This document shows, piece by piece, positions 45,400-54,831 of a DNA stretch of 64,000 nt. The DNA is taken from the sequence record MK773491.1, one strand, 5' to 3'. Position 1 is the stretch's first letter. Each line of letters opens with the position of its first letter. A model generated the notes under the pieces. It did no database searches, was not told the DNA's origin, and saw nothing but the letters and a program-made list of their open reading frames with translations. The position numbers and the translations under genes are program-made.

Positions 45400-45978
45400 A
45401 TGATTGATATTATTGTATCATGTGCAGTAACAGCAGTTGCATCCTTTGGTGTACATTATGCATATATGAAATATTTTCCACAAAAAAGTATTTTACCTAG
45501 AATAAGTAAAACAAATCCAGAACCACCGTCTGGGTTAAGTACGGTGGATTATAATATCGAAGAAACCGAAGAACAGTACTTAAATCGTTTAAAGTACATT
45601 CATAGTACTGCATGGCAAGAATATTCACAACATGCAGATCGGGCAATTCATATTGACGGTGATCGTCATGTAAACCTACTTATTTTGAATGCCAGTAAGG
45701 GGTATATATCGTATAATGTAGGTCATCATACTCTTAATTTTGGTAGTGGTGAGGAAATTTGGATTGCAAACAAATACTTTGCTTATGGTCATATTCATCG
45801 CTCATCGTCCAAACCACATTTGCGGTTTTCATACACCGACCATCGTCTATCACCTTATACCTTCTTACGTTTAGTTGATTTTGAGTACGAACACACTAAT
45901 CCATTGGAATGGAAGCGTAAACATGATGAATATGGTAGGTATAGTCACCGCAACAGATTAAAGGCCCGGTTAAAATGA
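45400..45978 (+). CDS. membrane-anchored hypothetical protein
   Basis: N-terminal hydrophobic helix, AGGAG upstream. Confidence 0.65.
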   Translation: MIDIIVSCAVTAVASFGVHYAYMKYFPQKSILPRISKTNPEPPSGLSTVDYNIEETEEQYLNRLKYIHSTAWQEYSQHADRAIHIDGDRHVNLLILNASKGYISYNVGHHTLNFGSGEEIWIANKYFAYGHIHRSSSKPHLRFSYTDHRLSPYTFLRLVDFEYEHTNPLEWKRKHDEYGRYSHRNRLKARLK

Positions 45979-46478
45979 TTAGTCATAAAGCAATGTACGA
46001 TATGGTAACGCAATTTATGTCCACGATTGTACCAAATAATCTTTTCTGGAGTTCCGAAAAAGAATATACGGTGTACATGATGGAATCAATGGGGTATACT
46101 TTAAAAGATTGGTCATGGTATGATGGCCCTCTTGTTAATTTCGATTATCATAAAATTGATGGACATTCAACATCACTGTCATATGCAGCTACAACACATG
46201 GTTATCATTTTATAAATGAATGGTATTCAATTACGGTAAATGAGGTGCCAGTACTAGCATCATCTGCTAGAAAGAAATTACATGACTTTGAAAATGTAAG
46301 TATTCATAAACTTTCATTAGCATCAAATCAAAAATTAACATATGAGAATTCGTCAGATGAATTCAAAAAAATGGTAAACGACTTCACCAATTGGCAAAAA
46401 ACATTTGACATTGATGAAGATTATCAGTATAGTGTAGAGATATACTTAACAGCTAAGGGGAACGTCGATGAATTCTAA
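45975..46478 (+). CDS. hypothetical protein
   Basis: 167 aa ORF, ATGA coupling. Confidence 0.65.
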   Translation: MISHKAMYDMVTQFMSTIVPNNLFWSSEKEYTVYMMESMGYTLKDWSWYDGPLVNFDYHKIDGHSTSLSYAATTHGYHFINEWYSITVNEVPVLASSARKKLHDFENVSIHKLSLASNQKLTYENSSDEFKKMVNDFTNWQKTFDIDEDYQYSVEIYLTAKGNVDEF

Positions 46479-46626
46479 AGAATCTTTTAAATATGCGTTT
46501 GCAATAATTCTAGCAGCTTTTGGTGGGTATGGTTTCATTGCTGGTAACCCACAATGGTTTTGGTGGCTTATTGCATCGTTGGGTTACTTAACAGGAACCG
46601 CATTCTATAAAATACTAATGGACTAA
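46468..46626 (+). CDS. small two-helix membrane protein, 52 aa (below ORF-track cutoff)
   Basis: MNSKESFKYAFAIILAAFGGYGFIAGNPQWFWWLIASLGYLTGTAFYKILMD translated by hand; AAGGGG upstream. Confidence 0.55.
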   Translation: MNSKESFKYAFAIILAAFGGYGFIAGNPQWFWWLIASLGYLTGTAFYKILMD

Positions 46627-46630
46627 TATT

Positions 46631-46996
46631 ATGGCATTGAGTAAAAAATTACTTAAAAAACGTAATGTGAAATACCTTAATGGATTTGTTGCAACTCAAT
46701 GGAAATTAAGACGTGCTATTCTAGGAATAGGTACATATTATGGTCAAATAGAAGCAGAAATTCGTAAGAAACGTATTAGTAAAAAATGTATAACATATGT
46801 TGATTATGATGATCTAAGACCATTCCTATTTAGATGGAGTGTACCAGTGTATCGCACAAATCCATGTAAAAGAAGTCGGATAAAGAAATTCTGCACTGGA
46901 TACCAAATGATTCGCCGCGAAGATATGATAGGTACTGAACAAGAATACCGAAATGTTTATGTTGCCAGAGGGGGAGAAAAAGTTGACAGATTCTAA
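46631..46996 (+). CDS. basic hypothetical protein
   Basis: 121 aa ORF. Confidence 0.6.
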   Translation: MALSKKLLKKRNVKYLNGFVATQWKLRRAILGIGTYYGQIEAEIRKKRISKKCITYVDYDDLRPFLFRWSVPVYRTNPCKRSRIKKFCTGYQMIRREDMIGTEQEYRNVYVARGGEKVDRF

Positions 46997-47588
46997 GAAA
47001 AAACATAAAATGGGTGTATTACACGTTGAGCCACATATTCCAGAACCATATCGTACTGGAAATACTATTGTTGCGAATTGTTACGAAAAACGCGAAGAGA
47101 TTTCTAAAGGTCTAATAGCAATTTGCACTTGTGTAGACTACAAGACTAAAAAGGGACAATTGGTATCTGGATATGTACTTTCCATCAAGTACGAACAAAC
47201 TGCTGAACGTCTTCCAAATACATCTGACCTACTAAACATGACACTGAAAGAAGTAGAGTACTGGTGCTCATCTGAAATTGAAAGAGAAGAACCAGCATTC
47301 GTTAAGAATATGGCACGTCCTGTTTATCAGCGTAAATTTAAAGAAGCACACAAGATTCACCGTACAAAATTAAAGTTAACAATCAATCCAATTTTGCGTA
47401 AAATACAATTTTGGACAAATGAACCATACGTTATCGCATCTAAGTTCAATAACGGTGAATTTGTCTCCTATACTATTCAGCGTGTAAAATACAGTAAGTA
47501 CCCAGAACCATCCCGGCGTGAAGTTTATAACTTTGAAGTGAAAAATCCTATACTTAAAACTATTAAACATATTTTTGGAGTGAAATAA
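46983..47588 (+). CDS. hypothetical protein
   Basis: track 46953..47588; TTG after GGAG. Confidence 0.6.
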   Translation: MTDSKKKHKMGVLHVEPHIPEPYRTGNTIVANCYEKREEISKGLIAICTCVDYKTKKGQLVSGYVLSIKYEQTAERLPNTSDLLNMTLKEVEYWCSSEIEREEPAFVKNMARPVYQRKFKEAHKIHRTKLKLTINPILRKIQFWTNEPYVIASKFNNGEFVSYTIQRVKYSKYPEPSRREVYNFEVKNPILKTIKHIFGVK

Positions 47589-48796
47589 TGGCAGAACTAA
47601 TTAAAGAAGGTCGTAAACTAGTAACCATCCGTAAAATTAATGCTATCGACCCAATTGAGGGTGCAGATATGATTGTGAAAGCTACAGTTGATGGATGGGA
47701 TGTTGTTGTTAAAAAAGGTGAGTTCAATGCTGGTGATTTCTGTGTATTTTTAGAAATTGATTCTTTTGTTCCGGTTGAAACTCCACAGTTTGCATTCCTA
47801 ACTGGTAGTGCGGATAAAATTGATGAAACGGGAGTACGTCGCTTCCGTCTACGCACCCGCAAACTTCGCGGAGTTGTAAGTCAAGGGCTAGCACTACCAA
47901 CTTCTCATTTCCAGAATGAACTAGGACTAATTGCGGAATCATTAGAAGTACTAGAAGAATCTCGTGATGGTATTGAGCAATTTCTAAACGTAACTAAGTA
48001 TGAACGTCCTGATGAGCGTAATGGTGGGACTGGTGCACAGAAATGTAAGAGTGCTGGGAACTTCCCAATTACCATTCCAAAAACTGATGAAGATCGTATT
48101 CAGAACGTATTTGGTAAGTTCTCACAAACTATGAAAGGTGTTGGTTTCCGTAAGTCTCTAAAACTAGATGGTTCTAGTCAGACTATTGCATTCTTTAACA
48201 ATCCTGATTTCTTTGTTGAAAAAGTAGATGAAGAAGTACGTGCGTGGAATGAAGAAAAACAAGAACTAGAAATTGTGGAAGTTAAACCATATCCTTTCCA
48301 GTGGGCTGAATCTCAAATTGTGGTATGTTCTCGTAACCTAGCACTAAAATTTGATGCTGAATCTCACTTCTGGAAAGCAGCCCTAAAAGATGATATCCCT
48401 GCTCGCCTTAAAGAGTACTGTGAACGTCATGACCGCCAGCTTGCCCTCCAAGGCGAAGTTATGGGGCCGGGTATTCAAGGCAACCGCGAAGAACTAGAAG
48501 AACATCAGTTTTATCTATTCCGTGTGTGGGATATTGATAATAAGTGTTTCCTTGACGATGCAGAGTTTCAAGAATTAGCATCACTACTAGGCTTGACAAC
48601 TGTCCCACAAGGTGATATTGTATATTTCTTTGATGAGTATGAGACTATTAAGGATGCACTAGCATCTGCTGAACATGCTTCTATCAAACACAAAATCGCT
48701 GAAGGTGATGTATATAAGAGCGTAACTAAGGTAAATGGTCAAACTATTCACTTTAAAGTTATCAACAATAAATTCCTTCTAAAATGCGAGGACTAA
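47588..48796 (+). CDS. ATP-dependent RNA ligase (DRB0094/RnlA-like) with N-terminal OB/tRNA-binding-like domain
   Basis: PIEGAD, FLEIDS, SQGLALP; KLDGSS adenylation motif, SRN, LQGE..GPGIQGN, EGDVYK, FKVINN.FLL. Confidence 0.85.
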   Translation: MAELIKEGRKLVTIRKINAIDPIEGADMIVKATVDGWDVVVKKGEFNAGDFCVFLEIDSFVPVETPQFAFLTGSADKIDETGVRRFRLRTRKLRGVVSQGLALPTSHFQNELGLIAESLEVLEESRDGIEQFLNVTKYERPDERNGGTGAQKCKSAGNFPITIPKTDEDRIQNVFGKFSQTMKGVGFRKSLKLDGSSQTIAFFNNPDFFVEKVDEEVRAWNEEKQELEIVEVKPYPFQWAESQIVVCSRNLALKFDAESHFWKAALKDDIPARLKEYCERHDRQLALQGEVMGPGIQGNREELEEHQFYLFRVWDIDNKCFLDDAEFQELASLLGLTTVPQGDIVYFFDEYETIKDALASAEHASIKHKIAEGDVYKSVTKVNGQTIHFKVINNKFLLKCED

Positions 48797-48797
48797 G

Positions 48798-48989
48798 ATG
48801 CGTAAACTATTGAATATCTATTGTGCTGGTGCACCAAATTATTTTATCTATGGTGTATCAGAAGATTTGGATACGTATTGCTTGATTGATAACCAGTACT
48901 GGATTCTTGCTTCAATGGATATTTCCCGTGAAGAGTTATCAAAAATGATATTGGTTGATAAAGGACGGATGTGTAACGTTCAAAACTAA
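48798..48989 (+). CDS. small hypothetical protein
   Basis: 63 aa ORF. Confidence 0.5.
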   Translation: MRKLLNIYCAGAPNYFIYGVSEDLDTYCLIDNQYWILASMDISREELSKMILVDKGRMCNVQN

Positions 48990-49017
48990 AAAAATACGCA
49001 GTTTGTTTCAAAAACTT

Positions 49018-49046
49018 GGGACAAACTGCTTTTTATGTGCTATAAT
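49018..49046 (+). promoter_or_regulatory. GGGACAAA-class promoter (copy 5)
   Basis: GGGACA-17 nt-TATAAT with TGTG. Confidence 0.75.
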
Positions 49047-49108
49047 TAAATCATTAAGAAATGAGTCAACACTCAAACCTAATTATCCATTTCTGAGAGG
49101 TAGAATAT

Positions 49109-50626
49109 ATGTCCTTTAAACAAGCAGTTAATAATATGAACGTAAAAGCTGAAGATAACGTGAGTAGCACCGCAAACGGTGCAGTATCTCTAGCGAGTTC
49201 ACTAAATCCACTAGTTGATCTATTTGCAATCCTAGGTTCTGTTCGTGGTAAAGACTTTTCTACCTTTGAGAATCTTTTCGAACAAGCATATTCTATAAAC
49301 CGTAAGCTAACGCTACAAATGGTTTTATGGTTACGTGATGTTCGTGGTGGTGCTGGTGAGCGTGAAACCACACGTCAAATCCTTCGCCATCTAGAAGCAA
49401 AACACCCACAAGATTTGATCGATATTATCCCTGTACTTGCAGAGTATGGTCGTTGGGATGATCTATTAATCTTTACTATGCCTACTCTAAAAGAGATTGC
49501 ATATAAAACCATTGCAGAAAATCTAAAAGCTGGTAACGGGCTTTGTGCTAAATGGATGCCTCGCGTATATAAACTCAAAAAGAGTAAAGATGGTTCTGTA
49601 AACAAAGAATCTGTTGCAAACGTTAACCGTATCGCTAACAATCAAATTGCTCGTGAGCTAATGCAGGTGATGGGTCTTAACGAACGTCAGTATCGTAAAC
49701 TACTATCTTCAACTAGTAATACAGTTGAACAAAACATGTGTGCTAAAGATTGGTCTAACATTGAGTACTCACATGTACCTTCTGTTGCAATGAACCGTTA
49801 TCGTAATGCATTTATGCGTAACGATGAAGAACGTTTCACTACGTTTGGTCAGAAAGTCGCGAGTGGGGAAGTATCGGTAAATGCAAGTGCATTATTCCCA
49901 TATGATATTACGACCAAGATTCGTGGCGAACTTGATCCAGTACTAGTAGGTCAGTGGGATTCTCTACCGGACTATTTGAACGGAAGTAAAATTCTACCAA
50001 TGTGTGATACCAGTGGTTCAATGGGTGTTAGTGCAGGTGGTGGTAAAATGTCATGTCTAGATGTGGCAAAATCACTAAGCCTATATACGGCTGATAAGCA
50101 AAAGGGTGCATTTAAGGATGTATTCTTGACTTTCAGTGAAGAACCAGATTTGTTTGTACTTGAAGGTAATAACATCCATGAGAAATATCATGACCTTTGT
50201 CATTATGAAAATTATGAGTATTGGGGTGGTTCTACTGACATTGGTAAAGCATTTGACAAAGTACTAGAAGTTGCTGTGAAGCAAAATGTACCACAAGAAG
50301 ATATGCCAGAGTATCTAATCATTTATAGTGACATGGAGTTCAATGAAACTTATTGTGATGGAAACAATGGTAACTGGAGTGTAACCGCACATGAATATGC
50401 GAAAGCTAAATTTGCTGCTGCTGGTTATGAACTACCGCATGTTATCTTCTGGAACTTGAATGGGCGTGTTGGAAACAATCCTGTTCGTTTCGATGAAACA
50501 GGAACGGCTATGGTATCCGGGTTCAGTCCTGCTGTACTAAAAGCAATTCTATCTGGTGAGCAAGTAGATCCTGTATCTATTATGCTAGCAGCCATTGATG
50601 TGCCACGTTACAAGGTCATCGCATAA
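49109..50626 (+). CDS. TROVE/Ro60-like + vWA protein (DUF2828-type)
   Basis: TANGA, WLRDVRGGAGER, YGRWDDL, AKWMPR, CDTSGSM MIDAS, GSTD, YSDMEF, IFWNL, GFSP. Confidence 0.85.
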   Translation: MSFKQAVNNMNVKAEDNVSSTANGAVSLASSLNPLVDLFAILGSVRGKDFSTFENLFEQAYSINRKLTLQMVLWLRDVRGGAGERETTRQILRHLEAKHPQDLIDIIPVLAEYGRWDDLLIFTMPTLKEIAYKTIAENLKAGNGLCAKWMPRVYKLKKSKDGSVNKESVANVNRIANNQIARELMQVMGLNERQYRKLLSSTSNTVEQNMCAKDWSNIEYSHVPSVAMNRYRNAFMRNDEERFTTFGQKVASGEVSVNASALFPYDITTKIRGELDPVLVGQWDSLPDYLNGSKILPMCDTSGSMGVSAGGGKMSCLDVAKSLSLYTADKQKGAFKDVFLTFSEEPDLFVLEGNNIHEKYHDLCHYENYEYWGGSTDIGKAFDKVLEVAVKQNVPQEDMPEYLIIYSDMEFNETYCDGNNGNWSVTAHEYAKAKFAAAGYELPHVIFWNLNGRVGNNPVRFDETGTAMVSGFSPAVLKAILSGEQVDPVSIMLAAIDVPRYKVIA

Positions 50627-50634
50627 GTAATAAC

Positions 50635-50659
50635 AGCCCCATACATTTTGGGGCTTTTT
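50635..50659 (+). terminator. intrinsic terminator
   Basis: AGCCCCA-TACATTT-TGGGGCT + TTTT. Confidence 0.7.
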
Positions 50660-50675
50660 CATACAAGGACTAAAT

Positions 50676-50816
50676 ATGAAAAATGTACGTAATTTTCTCT
50701 TCGCTTCGTACCTTAACTTTCAGGTGTCGATGAAATTAAATCCTATTTTAACTGTTGCACTAGGTGCAATGTGTGTGGTATTCTTGTTCTCAATCTTATC
50801 AATATTTGGACTATGA
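50676..50816 (+). CDS. small hydrophobic protein, 46 aa (below ORF-track cutoff)
   Basis: MKNVRNFLFASYLNFQVSMKLNPILTVALGAMCVVFLFSILSIFGL; AAGGA upstream. Confidence 0.5.
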   Translation: MKNVRNFLFASYLNFQVSMKLNPILTVALGAMCVVFLFSILSIFGL

Positions 50817-50817
50817 C

Positions 50818-51234
50818 ATGAAAGAATACATTGAAATTGAGGGTGTAATTCGTTATGATCCTCCACGTGTTGGTATGAAAAAGAACACGGATTTTTGGTG
50901 TATTCTTGAACTACCACACGAACTAGTAAAGTACTACCAGTACTTCGTGAAAACTGATTTACATATCCCACTAGCAGATCCTTCATGGGGAGCACATGTT
51001 AGTATTGTACGTGGAGAAACACCACCAAAACCAGAGTTATGGAAAAAGTATGATGGTAAACGTGTGAAGATACGTTATTATCCTTATATTCATGTGAAGA
51101 AAGATCCGAAGAAAGCTGGATTGTACTGTTTTATTGATTTTGAAGTCCCGTTCTTTCGTAAAATCCGAGCAGAGCTAGGACTACAATCAAAATACACTTT
51201 CCACTTCACTATAGGAAGAACACATTATGACTGA
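50818..51234 (+). CDS. 2H phosphoesterase-like protein
   Basis: AHVSIV and FHFTIG (HxS/HxT pair about 65 aa apart). Confidence 0.65.
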   Translation: MKEYIEIEGVIRYDPPRVGMKKNTDFWCILELPHELVKYYQYFVKTDLHIPLADPSWGAHVSIVRGETPPKPELWKKYDGKRVKIRYYPYIHVKKDPKKAGLYCFIDFEVPFFRKIRAELGLQSKYTFHFTIGRTHYD

Positions 51235-51799
51235 GTATCGATACTGCTTGATGTATTCGGGTCAGCCGATTGAAGGTTTTTCGAGTTCCAACGGATATCC
51301 TATCTTTTCAGTACATGATAAGGTAATGCCAACATTATCTTTCACATCATTTGAAAGTGCACAAAGCTGTTTAGAATACATGTTATTAGAATCATTCAAT
51401 ACATTTACTATTGCTGATTTAGATTATAATAAATTGTCAGTTGGTATGATTGAAGTGAAATTCAATCAAATGTCACATATATCTGCATTTGATTCTATGT
51501 TCAAAAATGCATTGCTCGCAAACAATACAATAGCTTTAGCTAAAATTTTACATAAATGTGTTCAATGTGGGTTTAGAAAAATTCTACCCATGCATTGCGA
51601 ACAGTTATTGACAAATCCACAAATATTAGAGATTTACGAAAAGAATGTCCCTTACTATGTGCAACAAAACATGGAAAGGTTCATGGATGTTGGAATTAGT
51701 ACTTGCACTCCAGAAGAGTTTGGTGCTATAATTCTTACAACATCTGATGAGTTGCTTACAGCGATTCAATTAGATAGATATAATAAAGTTTCGAAATAG
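51227..51799 (+). CDS. hypothetical protein
   Basis: 190 aa ORF. Confidence 0.65.
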   Translation: MTEYRYCLMYSGQPIEGFSSSNGYPIFSVHDKVMPTLSFTSFESAQSCLEYMLLESFNTFTIADLDYNKLSVGMIEVKFNQMSHISAFDSMFKNALLANNTIALAKILHKCVQCGFRKILPMHCEQLLTNPQILEIYEKNVPYYVQQNMERFMDVGISTCTPEEFGAIILTTSDELLTAIQLDRYNKVSK

Positions 51800-51900
51800 T
51801 CATTTGACTAGTGTAGAAAGTCCAAAGAGGCTTTGTGCAGAACTTGGCCTCACTGAGTGTCCAGAATGTACGGAGTTTCCACAACAAGAAGGAGAAATCA

Positions 51901-52824
51901 GTGAGAGCGTTACAAGAACTCAAAACTTATGTAATAGTAGGTTTTCTGTTACTTGCCGCTGCTATTGGATTTATTGGTTATAACAAAAATGATAGTACAC
52001 CGTCATCGAATTTAGGTGTACAACAAAAACCACAAGTTATTCAAATTCAAAAGCAACCGCCCGTTACCACATTGCCTATCCAAAGGGCAACGGTGTATAA
52101 GACGGAAAGCAGAAAACAGTATGTTGTACAAAAAGGTGATACCTTTTGGGTAATTGCTCAAAAGAAGAAACCTGATAACGTAGAAATGTATCCATACATT
52201 GACGTGTTTAAAAAAGTCAACAGGGGTATTAAAGTACTACATGTTAATAAAGAAGTACAACTACCAAATGAGAATGATTTGAAGTCGGTTATTCTACCTG
52301 ATGTGAAAATTCATTTTGAGATTTTAGATCAAGAAATAATTAACCACATCAAACAAGCTGAGGGTTCTAAAGAATCCCAAGCGACATTAAAAAGAAAACT
52401 ACTAGGTGGGGTTACTGGCCCATCTTACAAGAATTCCAAGTTCTATCCTTACAAGGATATGAAAGGTAACTATACTATTGGGTATGGTCACTATCTTGGA
52501 AAAAAGGATTCCGATGCAATCAAGTACAAACATGGTATTACTGAACGTGAAGCACAGAGGATGTTAGTAAAAGACATGAAACGTACTTATGATGACTTCA
52601 CTTTACTATTGCAACGGAAGAATGCAGTTAACCTATCAAAAGAGCAACAACGTTTATTATATGAAATGGCATTTACTTTAGGTGTTGACAAATTATCCAC
52701 TTTCGAAAAGATGTGGACGAGTGTTAAACATGGTAATGATGTTAAATTTAAAAAAGAAATAGAAAATTCTTTGTGGTTCCGTCAAGTAGGTAAACGTGCA
52801 CATATATTAGTTGATAATTTGTAA
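51901..52824 (+). CDS. membrane-anchored LysM + T4-lysozyme-like (GH24) peptidoglycan hydrolase
   Basis: TM helix, YVVQKGDTFW.IA LysM, KQAEG..YKD.KGNYTIGYGH, EMAFTLG, SLWFRQVGKRA; GTG start after AAGGAG. Confidence 0.8.
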   Translation: MRALQELKTYVIVGFLLLAAAIGFIGYNKNDSTPSSNLGVQQKPQVIQIQKQPPVTTLPIQRATVYKTESRKQYVVQKGDTFWVIAQKKKPDNVEMYPYIDVFKKVNRGIKVLHVNKEVQLPNENDLKSVILPDVKIHFEILDQEIINHIKQAEGSKESQATLKRKLLGGVTGPSYKNSKFYPYKDMKGNYTIGYGHYLGKKDSDAIKYKHGITEREAQRMLVKDMKRTYDDFTLLLQRKNAVNLSKEQQRLLYEMAFTLGVDKLSTFEKMWTSVKHGNDVKFKKEIENSLWFRQVGKRAHILVDNL

Positions 52825-52864
52825 TAATAGGGATGATCTACATCCCTTTTTAATTGGAGATGAT

Positions 52865-53482
52865 ATGGTTAATGGGTTTGGTATATATGATGGTGATTAT
52901 GTTGGTAAAAACACCACAAATAAAATATATCAAGTATGGAGAAGTATGATAAAACGTTGCTATTCTAAAAACGTAACAGAATCATACAAAAACACAACAA
53001 TACACGATGAATGGAAATATTATTCATCTTTTGAAAAATGGTATAATAATAACTATAAAGAAAATTATTCATTAGACAAAGATATAATAGGTGGTGAATT
53101 AAATCAATATTCATCAAGAACTTGTGCATTTGTGCCAAGAGAAGTAAACAATTGCATTTTAGATAGCAACACTATTGGTAGTAAATATCCAATTGGCGTG
53201 TCATATCATAAAAAAAGAAAAGATATGATTAATGAATATGCTAAACCATATTATTCACAGATAACAAAATATAATAAAAGAATTTTTCTTGGTTCGTATT
53301 CTACTCCAGAAGAAGCTCATAGAGCATGGCAATATGCTAAAAAAGAATACATTGAAGAAATTATCACAAAATATTACAATGATGTTAGTTCGGAAATCAT
53401 AGAAGGTTTGAAACGAAGAATAAAAATACTTGATAATGATATAAAATGTGGTAATATAACCAAAACGGTTAATAAAATTTAA
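52865..53482 (+). mobile_element. free-standing homing endonuclease-like gene (HNH-type / AP2 DNA-binding)
   Basis: YQVWRSMIKRCY, LDKDII, CAFVP..VN, PIGVSY, LGSYSTPEEAHRAW; very AT-rich insert between lysin and hpf. Confidence 0.7.
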
Positions 53483-53493
53483 AGGAGTTGTGT

Positions 53494-53814
53494 ATGATTA
53501 ATATTCAAGGTATCAATTTAGATGTGACTGACGCATTACGTGAACATGTTGAGCACTGTGCTGCTAAATTGAATAAATTCAACACAAAAAACGACCTTAA
53601 CCTTAAAGTCAATCTTACTGTAACGGCTAAAGATACATTTGATGTTGATGTAATCGTTGTTGGTAAGAGCATCACTGGTAGTGCAGCAAGTGATAATATG
53701 TATGATGCTATCACCGTAGCTTTTGAGAACGTAGAAACTATTCTATCCCGGCACAAAGGTAAAGAACTAGCGAAACGTCATCAAAAAATTGACTTGACAG
53801 AATCTGACGAGTAA
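53494..53814 (+). CDS. hpf: ribosome hibernation promoting factor (HPF/YfiA, S30AE family)
   Basis: MINIQGINLDVTDALREHVE....KL.KF ... DNMYDAI..A...VE..L.RHK.K. Confidence 0.85.
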   Translation: MINIQGINLDVTDALREHVEHCAAKLNKFNTKNDLNLKVNLTVTAKDTFDVDVIVVGKSITGSAASDNMYDAITVAFENVETILSRHKGKELAKRHQKIDLTESDE

Positions 53815-53822
53815 CGTATAAT

Positions 53823-53853
53823 AAAGGACATTCAAATGAGTGTCCTTTTTTTA
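53823..53853 (+). terminator. intrinsic terminator
   Basis: AAAGGACATTC/GAGTGTCCTTT stem + T-run. Confidence 0.8.
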
Positions 53854-53864
53854 TTGGAGATACC

Positions 53865-54275
53865 ATGAAAGACGATTTGATCATTGTACTAGAAGATATT
53901 AAGCAAAGTGAAGTAAAAGGAATAGAACATGGATGGAAAAGGTTATCAGACCATGTAACGGTAGCCTATTATCATCCTAGTACTGTATTTTTGTTTTCTT
54001 TTGTTTATCAGGATAACGAAGCCACATATAAAGATCAATTTCGTGTATATAAAAAGAAAATTATCTATACGAACTATATAATTGATAATCGTCAAGTGCC
54101 GTTTACAACAAAATGCAAAGAAGTTCATATTCGCAATAATATAAAGAGTGAAGAAGAGTACTTTCAAGAAAGTACATTATACGATTTGAATGGAATAGTT
54201 TACGATGATTACATTTATATCCAACAAATATCAGATGAAATTAGTAAATGGATGGGAGATTTGTGGAATGATTGA
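53865..54275 (+). CDS. hypothetical protein, EEExFQES paralog family
   Basis: KSEEEYFQESTLYDL. Confidence 0.7.
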   Translation: MKDDLIIVLEDIKQSEVKGIEHGWKRLSDHVTVAYYHPSTVFLFSFVYQDNEATYKDQFRVYKKKIIYTNYIIDNRQVPFTTKCKEVHIRNNIKSEEEYFQESTLYDLNGIVYDDYIYIQQISDEISKWMGDLWND

Positions 54276-54675
54276 TAACAAAAACATACAATCAGTACTT
54301 ACCCATCTTCAGAATAATGATCTTTTGTATAATGCTGATGATTGGGAAAAAACCAATAGTTTAACAGAAGTATATGTAAACACCTTTGCACATAGAATTA
54401 CCATAAACATTCATGTACCTGATGATAATACTTTAAAGGGAATTGCATTTTATTTGTTTAAAAACAAATTTGTATATATCTCTTACTATAACATTGATAC
54501 AGCCACTTTGAAATGTGAAAAATCAAGAGACGTATCGATCCGTTCTGACATTGAAACTGAGGAAGAATTTTTCCAAGAGTCTTGTATTTCTGATTTAAAT
54601 GATTTAGAATATTCAAACTATAAACTCCTTCGTGAAATAATTGATATGAACGAAGATTTTTTATGGAGTTCCTGA
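54268..54675 (+). CDS. hypothetical protein, EEExFQES paralog family
   Basis: ETEEEFFQESCISDL. Confidence 0.7.
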   Translation: MIDNKNIQSVLTHLQNNDLLYNADDWEKTNSLTEVYVNTFAHRITINIHVPDDNTLKGIAFYLFKNKFVYISYYNIDTATLKCEKSRDVSIRSDIETEEEFFQESCISDLNDLEYSNYKLLREIIDMNEDFLWSS

Positions 54676-54676
54676 T

Positions 54677-54820
54677 ATGATACATGTACTAGAAGAAGAT
54701 TGGGGTGTCAGCGATGATGATTTACGTCCAGACCGACGAACGGAATGGAATGAAGATGAATTGCGTGACCATCGTTCTTTATGGGAACGTGTAATAGATT
54801 GGTTAAATCAAAAATTCTAA
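54677..54820 (+). CDS. small acidic protein, 47 aa (below ORF-track cutoff)
   Basis: MIHVLEEDWGVSDDDLRPDRRTEWNEDELRDHRSLWERVIDWLNQKF; GGAG upstream. Confidence 0.5.
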   Translation: MIHVLEEDWGVSDDDLRPDRRTEWNEDELRDHRSLWERVIDWLNQKF

Positions 54821-54831
54821 TAGGAGTTAAA

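Noticed and set aside
21201-47165. Additional GGGACAA matches at about 21203 and 47153
   Set aside because: Both are inside coding sequence, read GGGACAAT rather than GGGACAAA, and have no -10 hexamer 17 nt downstream.
49057-49094. Y-RNA-like element in the TROVE leader (AGAAATG/CATTTCT, TGAGT/ACTCA)
   Set aside because: Under 60 nt, weak competing stems and no tRNA-like domain; indistinguishable from an ordinary 5' UTR.
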